Assembly (NCBI GenBank): GCA_964016885.1
Contig: OZ024743.1
Coordinates: 118,358,001 to 118,422,000 of the forward strand
Direction of reading: 5' to 3'
Origin: Eledone cirrhosa
Taxonomy: Eukaryota
Length of the DNA stretch: 64,000 nucleotides
Shown here: positions 14,652-29,800 of the stretch, piece after piece
How positions within the stretch are numbered: position 1 is the first letter of the stretch
Layout: every line of letters begins with the position of its first letter
The notes under the pieces: model-generated
Seen by the model: the letters and a program-made list of their open reading frames with translations, nothing else
Databases searched by the model: none
Told to the model about the DNA's origin: nothing
Program-made: the position numbers and the translations under genes

Positions 14652-15258
14652 TGGTGGCTGCCAACACGTTTTCGAGTACGGCCACTACTTTATATCCATG
14701 TACGAGAACCCCTACCGATGCGCTGAACGAGTGTGACTCTTTAGTCGAGCCAGCGACTTGAAAACTCTGGTACAAACACTACACTTGTGACAATTATTGA
14801 CACAGTGCTGGGCCCATGGTACCATGTGACGACAAGTGCAGAGAGATCTCCAGATATAAAGCAATGCCTGTGCCGTGAAGCTTTTATGGTGAGCAAAGGC
14901 ACTGCACAAAGCCAGTCCCACTCTCTTAACCAAGATGATATTTACCAAAAAGAAGAACAAGTCAACATCATTGGATACCATTAGGGTTGCAGGTGTTATA
15001 TCAGAGTTTTCCTTCTCCTAGAATTCTGCCTTGACAAAGGCTAAGGGGTCATCTCTCCCGGGGATTTTGGATGGCCATTGACTCTTAAGAGTTCCTTTGT
15101 CCTTTGACAGGTTTTGTTTTTAGTCCTGCAGGATGTCCAAAGTCACCCTCCTCACCAAGAAACCTTGGTGGGGTTGCCAGTTTCGTCGCCAACGACCCAA
15201 CCATGAGACAGGTTGTACTGGGATACATGTTACCAGTAGCACCAACTGGTGACCTGAC
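14652..15258 (-). mobile_element. About 600-bp non-autonomous RTE-derived element in (TACA)n
   Basis: Near-identical to 35654-36258. It carries the RTE 5' UTR-like CTAGGAGAAGGAAAACTCTGA, a terminal C2H2 finger CSVCTRVFKSLARLKSHTRSAHR, and a 3' tail like that of the 48.8-kb RTE. Confidence 0.75.
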
Positions 15259-15458
15259 ATACACATACATACATACATACACATACATACACATACATAC
15301 ACATACATATACATACATACACATACATACATACATACATATATACGTACATACATACATACAAACATACGTACATACATACAAACAAACATACAAACAT
15401 ACGTACATACATACATACATACAAACATACGTACATACAGTCATACATACATAAACAT

Positions 15459-15650
15459 GGATTTGCGGACAAAAAGCGCAGCTCCCTAATTCATAGTCTA
15501 CAAATGGCTGCGATAGCTAGCACCTTCAAAATTTGCAAAACATTCTTGCGATTCAAGGGATGACAATTTCTTTTCTTTTACAACCTTGCCACCAGGAAGG
15601 TGGCCGGTCAAAAAAACAAAAATACTCGAAATTAAGAGAAAGATAGATAA
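15459..15650 (+). mobile_element. 5'-truncated tail of an RLE-type (R2-superfamily) non-LTR element
   Basis: 15459-15563 translates GFADKKRSSLIHSLQMAAIASTFKICKTFLRFKG*, resembling the C-terminus of RLE elements; embedded in (TACA)n. Confidence 0.5.
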
Positions 15651-16613
15651 CATACATACATACAAACATACATACATATATGCATACATACATACATTAC
15701 AAACATACATACATACATAAACATATACATACGTACATACATACGCACATACATACATGCATACATACATATAAACATACATGCACACATACAAACACAC
15801 ATACATACAAACATACATACATACATACATATATACATACATACATACATACATACATGTTTGAATGTGTGTATGTGTGTCTGTATGTGTGCATGCTTGC
15901 ATGTGTGGATGTAATATACATGGATGGTTTTGAGTGAGTATAAGTGTGCGGTTAAATATGCGTGCATTTATAGAAATGAAATGCACTCCTGTAACCTCAA
16001 AAAGAAAAAAAAGAAAACACCATATAAAATATATATGTATGTATTAAACAACACTCGTTCTTTCCTATTTAAAAATTACCACTCATAAAATTTATAGTTA
16101 TTTTGAACCTGTTTTCATTTTGAATAGGCTTGCATTTATTTTATTATATTTTATTGTATTATATTTCATGTTTTTGATGTATCATTTGTTTTTCTTTTCC
16201 TCAGACTCAGAACAATATCGAAACCTTTTTATTGGGGTTCACTGAAGCATAAGCCAGTTTCGAGTTGTAGCAACATCAAATAAGCTTCCATTTCAGGCAG
16301 GGACCATCACTGGCTTGCCCTCCTCTGTGTACACAATACTTTTGACATTTTCACTTAGAGAAAGCGGGAGAGAAATGAAGGGTGGGGGTAAAGAAAAATA
16401 AAAGAGATGGAAGTAGATGAGTATATCAACAGAAATAGCAAGCTAATACATAAAGCTTGCTTAACTAGCAAAGCGCTTTTCTATTGTCTGTTTGCTTTTA
16501 CTAATGTAACAATACCCATTGCCTTCTAAGCTATAATTAAAAATAGTAATACATTTACTGCACATGAAGTAATTTATTTGTAACAGTTAATCTCCTTAGA
16601 AATATGCTCTGTC

Positions 16614-16703
<90 letters not shown>

Positions 16704-19700
16704 TCTCTCTCTCTCTCTTTCTCTCCGACTGTCTTTCTTTTCTTTCTTTCTTCCTTTCTTCTTTCTTATATATATTTCTTTCTCTTAATCTCTCCCTATA
16801 TCTCTCTCTATTCTGGCATTGTTTTAATTCTTATTTAATAGGAATGGATCAAATATTATGAAACTGGAAATATGAGTGTGCAGAGGTTGTGCATTTTAGC
16901 AAATTTAACCGTCACATTGGTGAATTCTTGACCAGAGACATACACCTTATATTCACATGTGCATGTCTTTGTCAGTTACAACAAAGTCATAGGTTTTTTC
17001 CAATAATGGAGCTTCTACATTATCGCTTGAGCGTCTGGAAGTAGCAACAAAATCCCCATCAAAGCACACCCTACCCTTTTTTAAAAAGGATAAGTTATAT
17101 AATGCAGCTCTCTGTACACTACGCTGTGGTTATGACTGGAATTCAGCTAACCATACGTCAGGGGTTAACATTGTGTTGCGATATCGGCTTCTCAATCCTT
17201 GCTTTATGACGCGTACAATTGTGCTCACACATACGGAATGAAGACTGAAATATTTGCCTGGGAAACAAATCTAGAAATTTCTGCTCATTCTCATTTGAAA
17301 GGAGCTTAACGTAACGTAAGCAAAGCGAGAAAGTAAACTGAGACAATGTTACTGTTCTCCAATCAGCTGCCATATATAGTTATTATCGAAGTATATATTT
17401 CTTCATTACAAATGTAGAGTTGGGATATTCGGCAACATTTGTGTCGAAACTGGAATGATGTTACTCAACCGAAAATAACCTATACTTTCTAACAATAATT
17501 CATTATGTTGTTCAAATAAACCCAAAGAATTACATTTTAGAGATGGGGGCGGCAGTTTACGGCTGTGTTGCATATTACACGTAAAAGCAAATTCATATCC
17601 CATGGATCATAAACATCTCTTTATGAATTTAAAAGACCACGTATGGATGCAGATTAATATACCCGTTTCTCAACTATGTGGCTTCGAATTCACTCCAACT
17701 ATGCAACATTCTGAGCAGTTGTTTATTTGATTAGAATCAGATCGACTAAGTCCTTCTGAGTGAAATTTCATTAACCAAATCTAGGTGATATATTTGTATG
17801 CAGAAAGCACTTTCCCCTGCAGCAACAACCCAAACTGCTGTTGTTTAAGAACAGTGTAAATCCTCTTTGACATACATAAGAGAAATTGGGATTTAAAAAG
17901 TTTTTATCGCCACTACAGGAAAAATGTGATAAACATTACGCAATTATCATCATAGTTGTGTCTGTTAGGGTTGCTAAAAGACGTAAGAAAGTATGCTCAT
18001 ACAATTATGAGGTATAGTTATGCAAGTATGCAGATATGTCACTGGTAATGTTTTACCATCTTAGTTTGGTGCGAGGGAACATGTCGATGATGTAACCATT
18101 ACATAACCATGTCATTGAAATATATATTATCCAATAAAACAATAATGTAAAAGTAACTCTGTCTTAAAATGTCATAAATGGAAACTCCGTTACACCTAAT
18201 CACCAACAATTTCACTGGGGATATACTACTGACGTGGATTACTTTTGGACTACTTAAACCGGTTTATCCTCGCGGCATTACAACATAACCTCTACGGATA
18301 AGCACCCTAATTATATGTACTATATATATATAAGAAAAGTTGAAGTTGAATTCCTTTAATTTACTGATCTTACCTCAATCACTTTCCCTAATTCAGGATA
18401 ATCATGCATTTTACGAAGTAATTCACTTCATATCACGAATAACATGGTAGCAATTTAGAAATTAGCTATGAACTTACCTCCTTACAACACCTACTGGCGA
18501 ATGTAGCATCGTTGTTTCATATATGTCATCATTGTTAAGATGTTCTTTTCTCCCTCCATATACTGTGTAAATATAGAAACTCAATGCAGCTTTGTTCTTT
18601 TAATCAATTGAAATACGCTTTTTTTTATCTCCCTATATTTGATCGATAGCATTGTTAGTAGATTAGTACAAGGAATAACGAGATATTCCAGGAATTCATT
18701 CACTGTAAAGAAATACATAGTATTACATGTTTATTTAATGGTTCCTTTACCCCTTGAGAAAAATCAACTGAAGGGGACCTTTCATCGATTAGATTAATAT
18801 AAACTAAATCACAACTTGTGTTATCTTGATTGCTGAAAAATAGAAACATATTATTAGTAATTGACATGTCCTTTTCGCATTACATATATATTTCTAGTGA
18901 GTAAATGGAACACGATATGATTAACGAAGTCACTAAGTTGATTGAGATATGGTAAACGCCATCATATTCATTAACACATATTGATGGAAGTACTTTGGCT
19001 GTAGATCTATATTTGCCTGGCTGGTGTTGAAGTGTTGTCGATGTTGCTGTTGCTGTTGTTGTTGTTTTTTTCGCTGTTGTAGTTGGCGATATTTATATCG
19101 AGGCACCCACACTGCTTATCATCGCATCCACACAAACAAGCCCCCGTGACCGCTATGAGACAAATAGCTGACATTAAAGCACCTGCTTTCGTCGTTGCTG
19201 CCGCAGTTGTTGTTTTTTGTTGTTGCTGTCGACGTGGCGGTATCAGTTATCGTTACTTATTCTTTATATCTTATATTTTTATATATTTCTAAGGCTGTTT
19301 TAATTTTATTTTCTTATTTTCAATTTCTCCTACTGTCCCGTTATCTTTTGTCTTTTTTTTTTTTTTTTCTGTCTTTAAACGTGAATTGACACTCATTAAT
19401 AAGTGTATATAAAAAGATCTCTTGACTGCTTTCAACAGTTTCAATGTAATTTATACACACACATGCGCGCATATCTGATAAGCTGTAGAGGCATAATTTA
19501 GCCCATGTCATTATGATTGTACCCTGAGCTGATCAATGTCAAAGCGAGTATAATATGCCAATGAAGTTTATATATATATAGCGTAACATTGACTGCGATC
19601 CTGTTTACTTCTATTTATACTCTGCACACTATAATTGCCTTAATCCTGGAGTAAAACCTAACACAAGACCGACCGTTGTAACAGCATCGGGTGCTTAGAC

Positions 19701-19795
19701 GGCGAAAAGCCTGTAACTGTAGTTGCGCACACGCACGCACACGCAAACACATGCACACACACCCATATATATAAATATATATATAAATATATATA

Positions 19796-19988
19796 TAGGA
19801 AAAAGTATGACCCCGACGGCCGAGCTCAAGCCGTGTCGACGGCTATTTCTGTACTCAGAAATAGCCGTCAAAACGGCTTGAGCTCTGCCGTCGGGGTCAT
19901 ACTTTTTCCTATTTCCCACTCTACTACCCTAAGTATTGAGTACTCTGGTGCGTTATGGTCTATCTGGTTCCTTACCACAATTCCTTTG

Positions 19989-19992
<4 letters not shown>
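19796..19992 (+). mobile_element. Fold-back insert with hammerhead 3' half (stem II, GAAA remnant, stem III, GUC)
   Basis: Near-perfect hairpin at 19796-19911 containing ACGGC-UUGAGCUCU-GCCGUC. The 3' tail is shared with 4886-4926, 9880-10017 and 10333-10452. Confidence 0.7.
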
Positions 19993-20060
<68 letters not shown>

Positions 20061-20641
20061 GTGATATATTTTGGGTTTGTTAATCAACCGATAGTAGTGT
20101 ATGCAGAGTAGAGCCCTCGACGAGGTGTACAAGTGGGTATGTGTACTCCGAAGTATTGTTATAAACATGCAGCAGAAGGCAGTAGGTTAGAATTGACCGC
20201 ATTCTTTTTATTACATAATAAGATTTAGTACATATTTCGATGCTAACAATTTTGTAACACTGTAACCCATACGACATCATCAGACATCTATTACATGACA
20301 AAAAAATATATGAATAAACATTGTGAGGTTTCCATTCTGTGGGCGGGATATTGGTGTTGTTTCAGCAAATAAATGCTGACATGTGAATTAATTCAAACAC
20401 TCTCACATCATCATCAAATAGGGCGTAAACTACACCTAAACATTCGTTGAAGATTATTCCAACTTTATACCTCCTTGCCATCATGAACGCGCAAGTGGCG
20501 CCAAGGGATGAGAACGTCTACTCATCTAGTATCAAGTCAGTTTTGAGTTACATAACCGTTACCATCGAAATACGTAAAACAGCGATTTTTTTAAAAATCA
20601 ATGAAATTAGGTAAATTCTAACCTAATGCCTTCTAGTGCAT

Positions 20642-20709
<68 letters not shown>

Positions 20710-21190
20710 TTATACATACGAGCGGAAGTACACACAGGAAAATGGATACTGGCGACAATAAAAAAAAAAGCATGTATTTCCTCCTCAGCCACCGCTTGGA
20801 ATTCAGTGAAAATAGGCTCGCATTTTCACTGTCAGTGTTCACCGTGACATTTAGAAAACCAACTATTGGAATGATGTGTGTGAAATAAATATGAAAAATA
20901 TGAAATTAAATATAAACGTACGTAAAATAGAGAAGAAAGATTTAGGACAAAACACTCGCAAGTCGGGATTGGGAGAAACACAACACAACAGCAATCGAAT
21001 TATAGGTTGTTTTGACTTCAGCATACTACATATTACCCAACAAAAAGAGTAAGTATACAAAATAATCTTAGGACTGCGAAAATCCCGAAGGCAAGTACAC
21101 GAGATGTCTAAATATGTAAATTGGAGAAGAAAGAAATAATTTCGATAATTTCGAACATCTCTATGTGTTCCTAGCCCTTCATCTCTCCCT

Positions 21191-21326
<136 letters not shown>

Positions 21327-22360
21327 TATATATGACAACATAAGAAAATTACACGGTGTTTAATTTACTAATTCTATGTAATTAGTAAAGTAATAGTTAA
21401 CACACATAATATTGTAAGCCACGAAAATGTTAATTAATAAAGATTGCATTGGGGAGAGCTAAGCACTAAAACATTAATAGAGTCATGCCTAGAATATGTG
21501 AACACTAACTTACGTTAACTGCCAAAGCAAAAATTCAACCTCTGCATTCTATTTCTAATTGAATTTAATCATCAATTGATGCACGTTTGAGGAAACGAGG
21601 ACAATACAGTAAATGGTGTATATTGCTAACTGTTAAGTGCAATGGATATGTTTCTATATTATTAGATTTTCCTATATTATTAGATTTTCCTAACGAATCA
21701 TAGTTAGCTCGTTAGCGAAAAAAATCTTCAGTTACTCGAATTTATCTTTACAAGGGAAATGTACAATATCTCGTGTGTGTATGGTGCATTGTGTGTATGA
21801 TATCAAGTCTTCAAAAGATCTAGAAACACCATGCAAGAAAATTAGCTATAATAATTGTTTCTACTTTTGGCTCAAGGCCAGAAATTACCCAGTGCATTAC
21901 TGGTACTTTATTTTATCGACCTTGTAAATATGAAAGGCAAAATTAGCTATAATAATATCAGTTAGTTCAAATATTGAGAAACATAGACAATGCAGAAAGG
22001 AGTAGTTCCTGTTATATAACAAACGAGGTTTTATATAGTATATTTGGCAATATACCGTATTTTTAATTAAAAACATTTGTATAATCAGCTCATGATTATT
22101 ACTGGAATTCTATAAGAATCCACCTTCTATAATTTTCGACGTGGCTTTGATGAACGTAAAGCAGCTTCTTTCTCTGCTTTCGCCGAAAAGAAGTAAGTGC
22201 CATAGTCACTACTTTAAAAATGATAGCGTATAGTCTTCTAAATGTTTTTAATTAAACGTACGGTATATTGCAAAATATACTATATATACATTCATGTATA
22301 CAACGCTATTTCAGAACACTAATCCTAATACCATATATATACATATATATATATATATAC

Positions 22361-22457
<97 letters not shown>

Positions 22458-23548
22458 TACATATGTCCACATGCACATATATGCATAAGTTTATGTCAAC
22501 ACAGATACACATCTATGTACGTCTATAAATAGACATTCTTGCATTATACAAAGCCTCCACAGGACAATGTAAAGAATGACAGATGAATATTTCTAGAAAC
22601 AAAACCACACGTGGAAAAATGTGTAATGGCTGCAACTAAATTAACATTCCTACCGACTTGCTTTACAATTTGAGTGAGAAACGATTATCAAAGATATTGT
22701 ACGTAGTTTCATCAGACATACTAAAGACATGTTTTCGTGTACGTCTAATTAAAGCTAACGACACATTTTTTTCTTTCTTTGATGCTTTGAGGAATAATTT
22801 TCAACTGTTCAAAAGTCATTGAGAATCTCAGCTGACAGATTCAATAGTGATTCTGCTATGATACATATTAAAGGGTTCATATCTAGTCATCACCTTGCTT
22901 CTCAACTTTCTTTCGTTTCATTACTCGATTCATTTGGAAGAAGTTTAATTTAAACCCATCAAAGAATGGAACCGGATTGTGATCATTAGTCCTGTTAGAA
23001 ATAGCAGCCATATATCAGTCCAAATTGCAACCAACTTTCTTGAAAATTGGGAATACTTCCGTATAATTTTCGTATGAATTGTAAATCATTTGAAAGTGTT
23101 CCCAATGCTTAATTTTACTTCTTAAAAAACCGTTCGTAAGAACATTCTGAGATATTTAAATGTATTCGACTCTTCTAGTAAGGGTCTATTCAATAACCAC
23201 ATTCCTTTCTCCGCTCAGTCTGTCTCATAATTTTCGACTCCAGCATTTAACCTTTTCGATGTTACAGTCCTTCCTGTTCTCCCCTTAGCTTTCAAAATGT
23301 GTTTTAGTTTCTTTTGTGACTCAGTTGCATATCAACATAACGGGTAGGCTAAAATACGCTACAGTTTATTTAAACGGAACACACACCCATACACACACCT
23401 ATATGTGCATGCACATATGCCCTTCCCGCTTATACATATATATATATATATATATACGGTGGACATGTCACATGTCACCACTTATTAATTAGATCGACAT
23501 AGCGTGCAAATCCTGTTCACTTAGCATTACACTGGCTTTAGTCGTCAT

Positions 23549-23596
<48 letters not shown>

Positions 23597-23759
23597 GAGA
23601 TGTGTTGGTAACGATAAATATAATGATGATAGTAGTGATAGTGGATATTTTGGATCGGACTATAAGTGAGCTTTTCTTTGCTGATTCTGCTGTTGCTCAG
23701 TCAATGAAGGAATGACTTCGATAAAGCAAAAACCTCAAATGAATTAATATATAAATAGA

Positions 23760-23794
<35 letters not shown>

Positions 23795-24442
23795 GCCTAC
23801 AGATAATTGAATAAATATATATATGAATAATTAAATAAATGACAAAAGGGATAACAAAAAATGACTGACAAGTTGCGAGTGTAACATTAATGTAGTTTGA
23901 TCGCCTTTGCGTGTTAAGACTTGAACGGTGCATCGGACATCGTTATAACGGCTGCTATATGTCAATTGTCGACATGTGGTCGCCATTTTTATCGACATTA
24001 TTGCTTCTGAAACTGCTGCTTACGTCTCCGTCTATTGTTACTGCTGCTGTTGGTGATGATGATGATGATGATGATTATGATGATGATGATGATGGAAATC
24101 ATCATCATCATCATCATCTTCATCATCCTCATCATGGTGGTAATATGGTGGAGTTGATGATCATAATCATGATGATTTGATCATCGAGCTACTGCTGATG
24201 ATCCCAATTATCGTGAATCATTAAAATGATGATCATAATTTTGATGGTGATATGGTTATAGCGCAACCTTCTATTTCTGCCAGTCAACTACTTTCAGATT
24301 AACAATAACTTGAACGGCAATCAAGATGACATTGATGATGGTGTTCATAGTGCTGAGAATTAGATGATCCTGCTACAGATGATGATGTTTTTTTTCTCTT
24401 TCATTTTCGTAATGTTTTTATTCACATTCTTGGTGGTTATTA

Positions 24443-24631
24443 TGTGGATTGGGAGTATTCGGTAGAGGGTCGGACACCATGCTTTGACACATAGAAGTAC
24501 GGCCCTAGCCATTCTGAGTTCAAATCCCACCGAGGTTAACTTTGCTTTTCATTCTTATGGGGTCAATAAAATAAAGTACCAGTAATACACTGGGTAATTG
24601 CTGGCCTTGTGCCAAAAATAGAAACAATTAT
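24443..24631 (+). mobile_element. tRNA-derived SINE (Meta-domain-like core)
   Basis: A/B-box-like head, GAGTTCAAATCCC, a TTTCAT...GGGGTC.ATAAAATAAAGTACCAG core and a GGCCTTGTGCCAAAA tail; many copies in the window. Confidence 0.8.
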
Positions 24632-25037
24632 TTGTTAAAGCAAAGTTAAATTGATAACAAAAACTAAGACAAAGTAAACAATAAAAAATAAATGAACGAA
24701 TGGAGGGTCAGCAAACAACTTGGTCCCTTTTATATTACTTTTATTTTGGTAACAAAGGAAATCATAGGTGATTTCTCAATTTACTATAAATAATAGCTAA
24801 ATCACCCTTAAACTAGACCCTATTCGCTTAAGAAATAAGACGCACTCGGTTTTGTGGACTAACTACCCAGTAGAGGAATAAAATATGGGATGGTCATGAA
24901 TGTAACGACTTTAATTGTAATTCTGCTTTGGGAATTCGAGGACTAAACAAATAAAACTTATACTTACTTATGTTCTCAAAGCTAAGTTCCAAAAAGACAT
25001 GATGAAATTTGCGTAAACAAATATGGATTTAAATAAT

Positions 25038-25172
25038 GTATTAATGAGATAGTACATAGTATTAATGAGATAGTACATAGAGATTTCTATAGATTATAAC
25101 ATAACTGTACATAGAGATTTCTATAGATTATAACATAACTGTACATAGAGATTTCTATAGATTATAACATAA
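25038..25172. repeat. Minisatellite: 21-bp x2 followed by about 34-bp x3
   Basis: GTACATAGAGATTTCTATAGATTATAACATAACT is repeated. Confidence 0.9.
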
Positions 25173-26831
25173 GAAATTATTTTGATGCAATTCAGATATT
25201 AAATGGGGTGTATGCAAATTGTAATTGTTGGCCAAGTTCACAGTCAACATTAGTATTATCAATTGTGTTGTTTTTAGCATATCAACGAGGAGCAGCATTT
25301 ATGTGGTTAGAAAAATGCCTAAATCTCTGTCAAACCACATGCATCAGTTTTAATAAAACCGTTTTAAAAACATATTACTTGACGCATTCCTAGATAAGGT
25401 TCAAAAGCTGAGATGGTCATTGCTAAATCGTCTTTAATCTTAGGAATGATGAAGCAACGTAGAACTGAGATTAATTTATAACAGCAGTAACAACATCGAC
25501 AGTGGTGTAACTTATCGACATGGAATCGAAATTCTACTCCAGAAGAATTTGAACAGTAATTTTAACGAATCGAAGGTAAATATTTTAAAGCTGTCAGTAA
25601 ATATTTCAATGCTTCTGCTATTTCACCCACAAGCTTGGTAGGGAAGTAGAAATCAGTTAGACAGTTTTGCAATGGATTGAAGGCATTACACTCTTTACTT
25701 TCACCAGTTTCAGTGACGAATTAAAAAAATACTGACTTATATTGTGTCGTCAATTATGAAATTTGTAGAAATTTGATTGTTTTTTTTTACGAATTTCTAC
25801 AAATTTCATACTTGACTACCCAATATTTCAATAAAAATATTTATCAATATGTCTTCAGTTTTTCTTCCATGGATGGTAAAGTATATCATCGAATCTACTA
25901 CTTCTTTGGTACGTTTGTTATTGACTCCTGTTATTGGCAAAATTGAACTTAGTGCGATTTCAAATCTGAATGTCAAGCAGCGTTGTTCGTTATTCTAATG
26001 AAACGTAGTTCTTGTACCAATAATAATATTACACATAAACTCGAATCTGAAATAAGAAGAACTAAAAAAACAAAATCAAGCAAACGAGAAATAGACTTAA
26101 AAACTGGATTAGAACCAGGCATACATTGTTTATAAGTGATAAAATTGTCAAAGCGTTCGCTGTTTCATCTTCGCAAATTACATACTAAATTAATAAGTTA
26201 ATAAGTACTAATATTTTCAAGATAATTTTAGAAATCAATTAGCACATGAAGGACAATCTATTTTATTAGTATGCAACATAGGGAAATGTTCCCTGTTCAT
26301 GGATTGTTCTTCTTACAATTTACAATCTCGTAATTATAATATTTAATATACTAGCAGAAAAACCGCCCCCGGGTGGTTTTCCGCTAGCATGTGTAGTGTG
26401 TATATTGATATTATACGCAGGTATAATATAGAGATATGAGACATCAAATAAAATCGTAATTGACAATATATAATACATATAAATTGAAGAGAGACTGTGT
26501 TACACTGTCTTATTTAATCAGTAACGTAATCCATGATACATTAAAAAAGACGATATTATATATAAACTGCATTAGGAGAAAATTAGTGACAGAAAATTAG
26601 TATGTATATTTGAGCGATGACCAACCGAAAGTGTTGATATTTCAGAAATTTTAAAGATGTGAATGTTTAAATAAACAAAGTATATTTAATCAACAGCCAC
26701 GAAATTTAGTAGATTTATGTAATATTCATTCATTCAAAGTAATCCAACTTATTTTACTAATGGGATAAAAAATTATAAACAGTACGCAGTCCCGCACTCC
26801 TTACATTATTATTATTTTTTTTTTTTTAATA

Positions 26832-26879
<48 letters not shown>

Positions 26880-26885
<6 letters not shown>

Positions 26886-29800
26886 ATTAGGACAATGGGA
26901 TTGGTGAGTTAATATCTGTATACAACAACTACAACGGTACGCGATGGGGCCCACCCACAGCCTCGGCGGACAGAATGGAGAAGGCGTTTCCCCGGAGGAC
27001 GGCAAGGGAGGCGCGCTGGAAAAGCCACTCCAACTCGTGGGGATCACACCTGCGGCTGGCCATCTCAGCGCCTATGGTGGTGAGTAAGGAGGTAGCCCTG
27101 GGGCCGAGGACACCAGAAGTCTCCACTGCCAGGGGTACGACCGCAAACCTGTCGGAGAACGACCGGTATTTGTGGAGCTTGGCCACCTCAGCCCGACGTG
27201 CAGCAGTACCTGGTTCAGTCGCAGAACTACACCAGGTTGTGGCTGCAGAAAGTGTCGGTGCAAGTGGTATCCCAGACGAGATGTTTGCCACCGTGGAACG
27301 GGAAGATGGTCATGCCATTTGGCCTTTTGCCGTCCCCTCGATCCAGCCCCAACGGCCCGAGCTGGGAAGGGAAGCCTGCAGCGTCCAAGCCATGCTTAAT
27401 GACCTCGTTGAGGGCAGGATTGCGTGGAATGTGGCCGGCACTGTGGCGACAGGAAAGCGGGTGGGGGCCGAAAGAGTCCACGGTGGAACCGCAGCGTAAT
27501 TGGTGTGGCTGGCAGATCCGGAGGCCGAGCCTCAGGGAAACGCCGATTCGCAGGCTATGGTTGTCTAGCTGCGTGCCAGTGGAGAAAGAGGGCAGGGCAT
27601 GGAGCCAGGCACCCACCACTGTGGGGTTTGGAGGCCGCACGAAAACAAGCAAGACGTTTCTGGTCGAGCTGGAGCGTGAGCCTATCTGAGGCCAGGCTGC
27701 ACTGGATGTCATCCCAAGTGCATTGGGGGGACTTGACGTCAATAGAGGGAGAAGGAGGAGGGACGTCTACTGGGCTAAGTCCCAGCCGGTCCCACGTCTC
27801 ACAGGCGGCTTCACGTTCTCTGAACACAGAGGGTTCTGTTATGTTTTGAAGAACGCTGCTGACGAGGACGCGGCACGAGGTTACCGATGAAAGGTATGCC
27901 GGAAAAGCTAGTGAAATCAGGGACCGGCGGCCAGGTAAAGAGGCCTGTTGCCACCCTATGTAGTCAAACTTGACATTGCATATCCCCTCAGCTGCTGCTC
28001 GGATACATTTATCGAGGTCAGCGAGGAGAGATGTCTGGGTGTAGCGTGGAGCGCTGCGGAGTGTATAGAGGAGCTTCGGCATGGCGAAGCAGTTCCTCAG
28101 CAGAAAGAGAGCTGGGTGGCCGTCAATCAAGCCCAGTCGGCTCGTGAGAGTCTGGAGCTGTGAAAGCCTGCACCTGATGGTGGAGCGGATGGCCGGCGGG
28201 TGGATCGGTGACTCGAGGATGAAGACATCCTCTTTGAACCTGGCGGAGAAAGGACCGCACGTCCAAGACGGAGGCAGCAAAGCTAGCAGCATCGAGGCTG
28301 ACTTGGCCGATTTGACCTGCAGGCCGATTCCCGCCAGGGCGGGAACCACCGATTGAAGGTCATGGCAGACTGTCCGTACGGGCCTGCCCAACGTAGCATT
28401 ATCCAGAAACCAAACGTTGAGAGGGGCCGTGATACTCTGGGCGATGTTGTCAATACCAAGGATGAACAGGAGGGGTCCCAAAGGGTCGCGCTCTTGGACC
28501 CCAGTAGCCGAGGGTATGACCGTATCAGCAGCTAGGAGCAAGCTCGGGGCTCCATATGACAGGTAGGCAGAGGGGGCTAGGATGAGGCAGGCCTCGAGCA
28601 GATGATCCCGACGTAAAGATTTGAAGGCATTACTCATGTCAAGCTTGACAATGAGGTGCCTGGAGTCCCTGGATGCCAGTTCCGATGGGCAGCTGTTGAA
28701 GAACTGCCAGGTTGCATGAGCGGACCTCTCACAGCCACCTGACACGCCGGCACCCAGCTGCACCGGACTAAACTCCTCACCCAGTTCGTGTGTTACGGAC
28801 TTGCAGATCACCTTGGCAGCCAGCCTCCGGAAGACATTGCTCACAGCAATGGGGCGTATGCCACCCTCTTTCTTCCTGAGAGCGGTGAGGCTGGCCGAAA
28901 AAAGAGGCCTCGGGCGTAAGGGTCCAGGGCACCATGGATGAGCCTATTGGTGAGCACCACAATTGCACTCAGAAAGCGACGCCCACCCTCAGCGGAGAGG
29001 GGGAATGTTAACTCCTTGAGGTGGCCTGGTCGGAGACCATCAACACCTCCGCAGCTGCTAGTTCGGAAGGACCTGATGGCGGACATGATGTCTGCATCAG
29101 TAGCCACAAGGAGAAAGTGGGGGTCGGGTGAGGATATGGGTCTGAGATCAGTGGATGGCTCAGGGTGTTTGAGCCGCAGAGCAGCCAGGATCTCCTCGGT
29201 GGGTTGGAGGACAGTGTCTTCTGAGGCAACAACTCTAACTGCGACCGAGACATCACCCATGATAAGCTTGGCGTTTACCTGGTCAGGCAAACGCTTGGCG
29301 CTGGCCTCGGGGGTGGAGGATAGGAGGTACATGAGGGTGGGGTGTGTGACGTCCCTGGGCACGCTTGGAATAGGCGCTCGCCCAAAGGACGAGAGATTGG
29401 CCTTGACGAAGGCTGCTGTTGACCGGCCGCCCCGGTCAGCACCAGAGCTGGGGAGGCCGAGGGCGAGTGGGGCGAAATAGAACAGCCGCTCCCAGTCACT
29501 GGCTCGATTGGAGTCCAGGGCGCTCTCAATCGAGGAAGCGAGGACATCGGCTACCGACACACTTGCCGCTCTCGGGATCCTGAGTGGGATCTTCCGGAGC
29601 CGCCTGAGCCGAGCGATGTTGACCAGTGAGGCTCTGGCGTCAGGCAAGCTCACTGTCCCATCCCGTGGTGCCAGACAGCCGTGGCTGGGAAGACGTGAGG
29701 AAGATGCAGCTCCTGCAACTCCACGCTGCGAGAGCATTGGAAGCTCGACGAGTCAAGCTAACGCAGGTGAGGTGGTGGAAGCAGCTGCACCCCAAACAGT

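Noticed and set aside
24443-24631. SINE heads as tRNA genes
   Set aside because: A/B boxes are present but there is no cloverleaf, and they are followed by the shared SINE core and tail.
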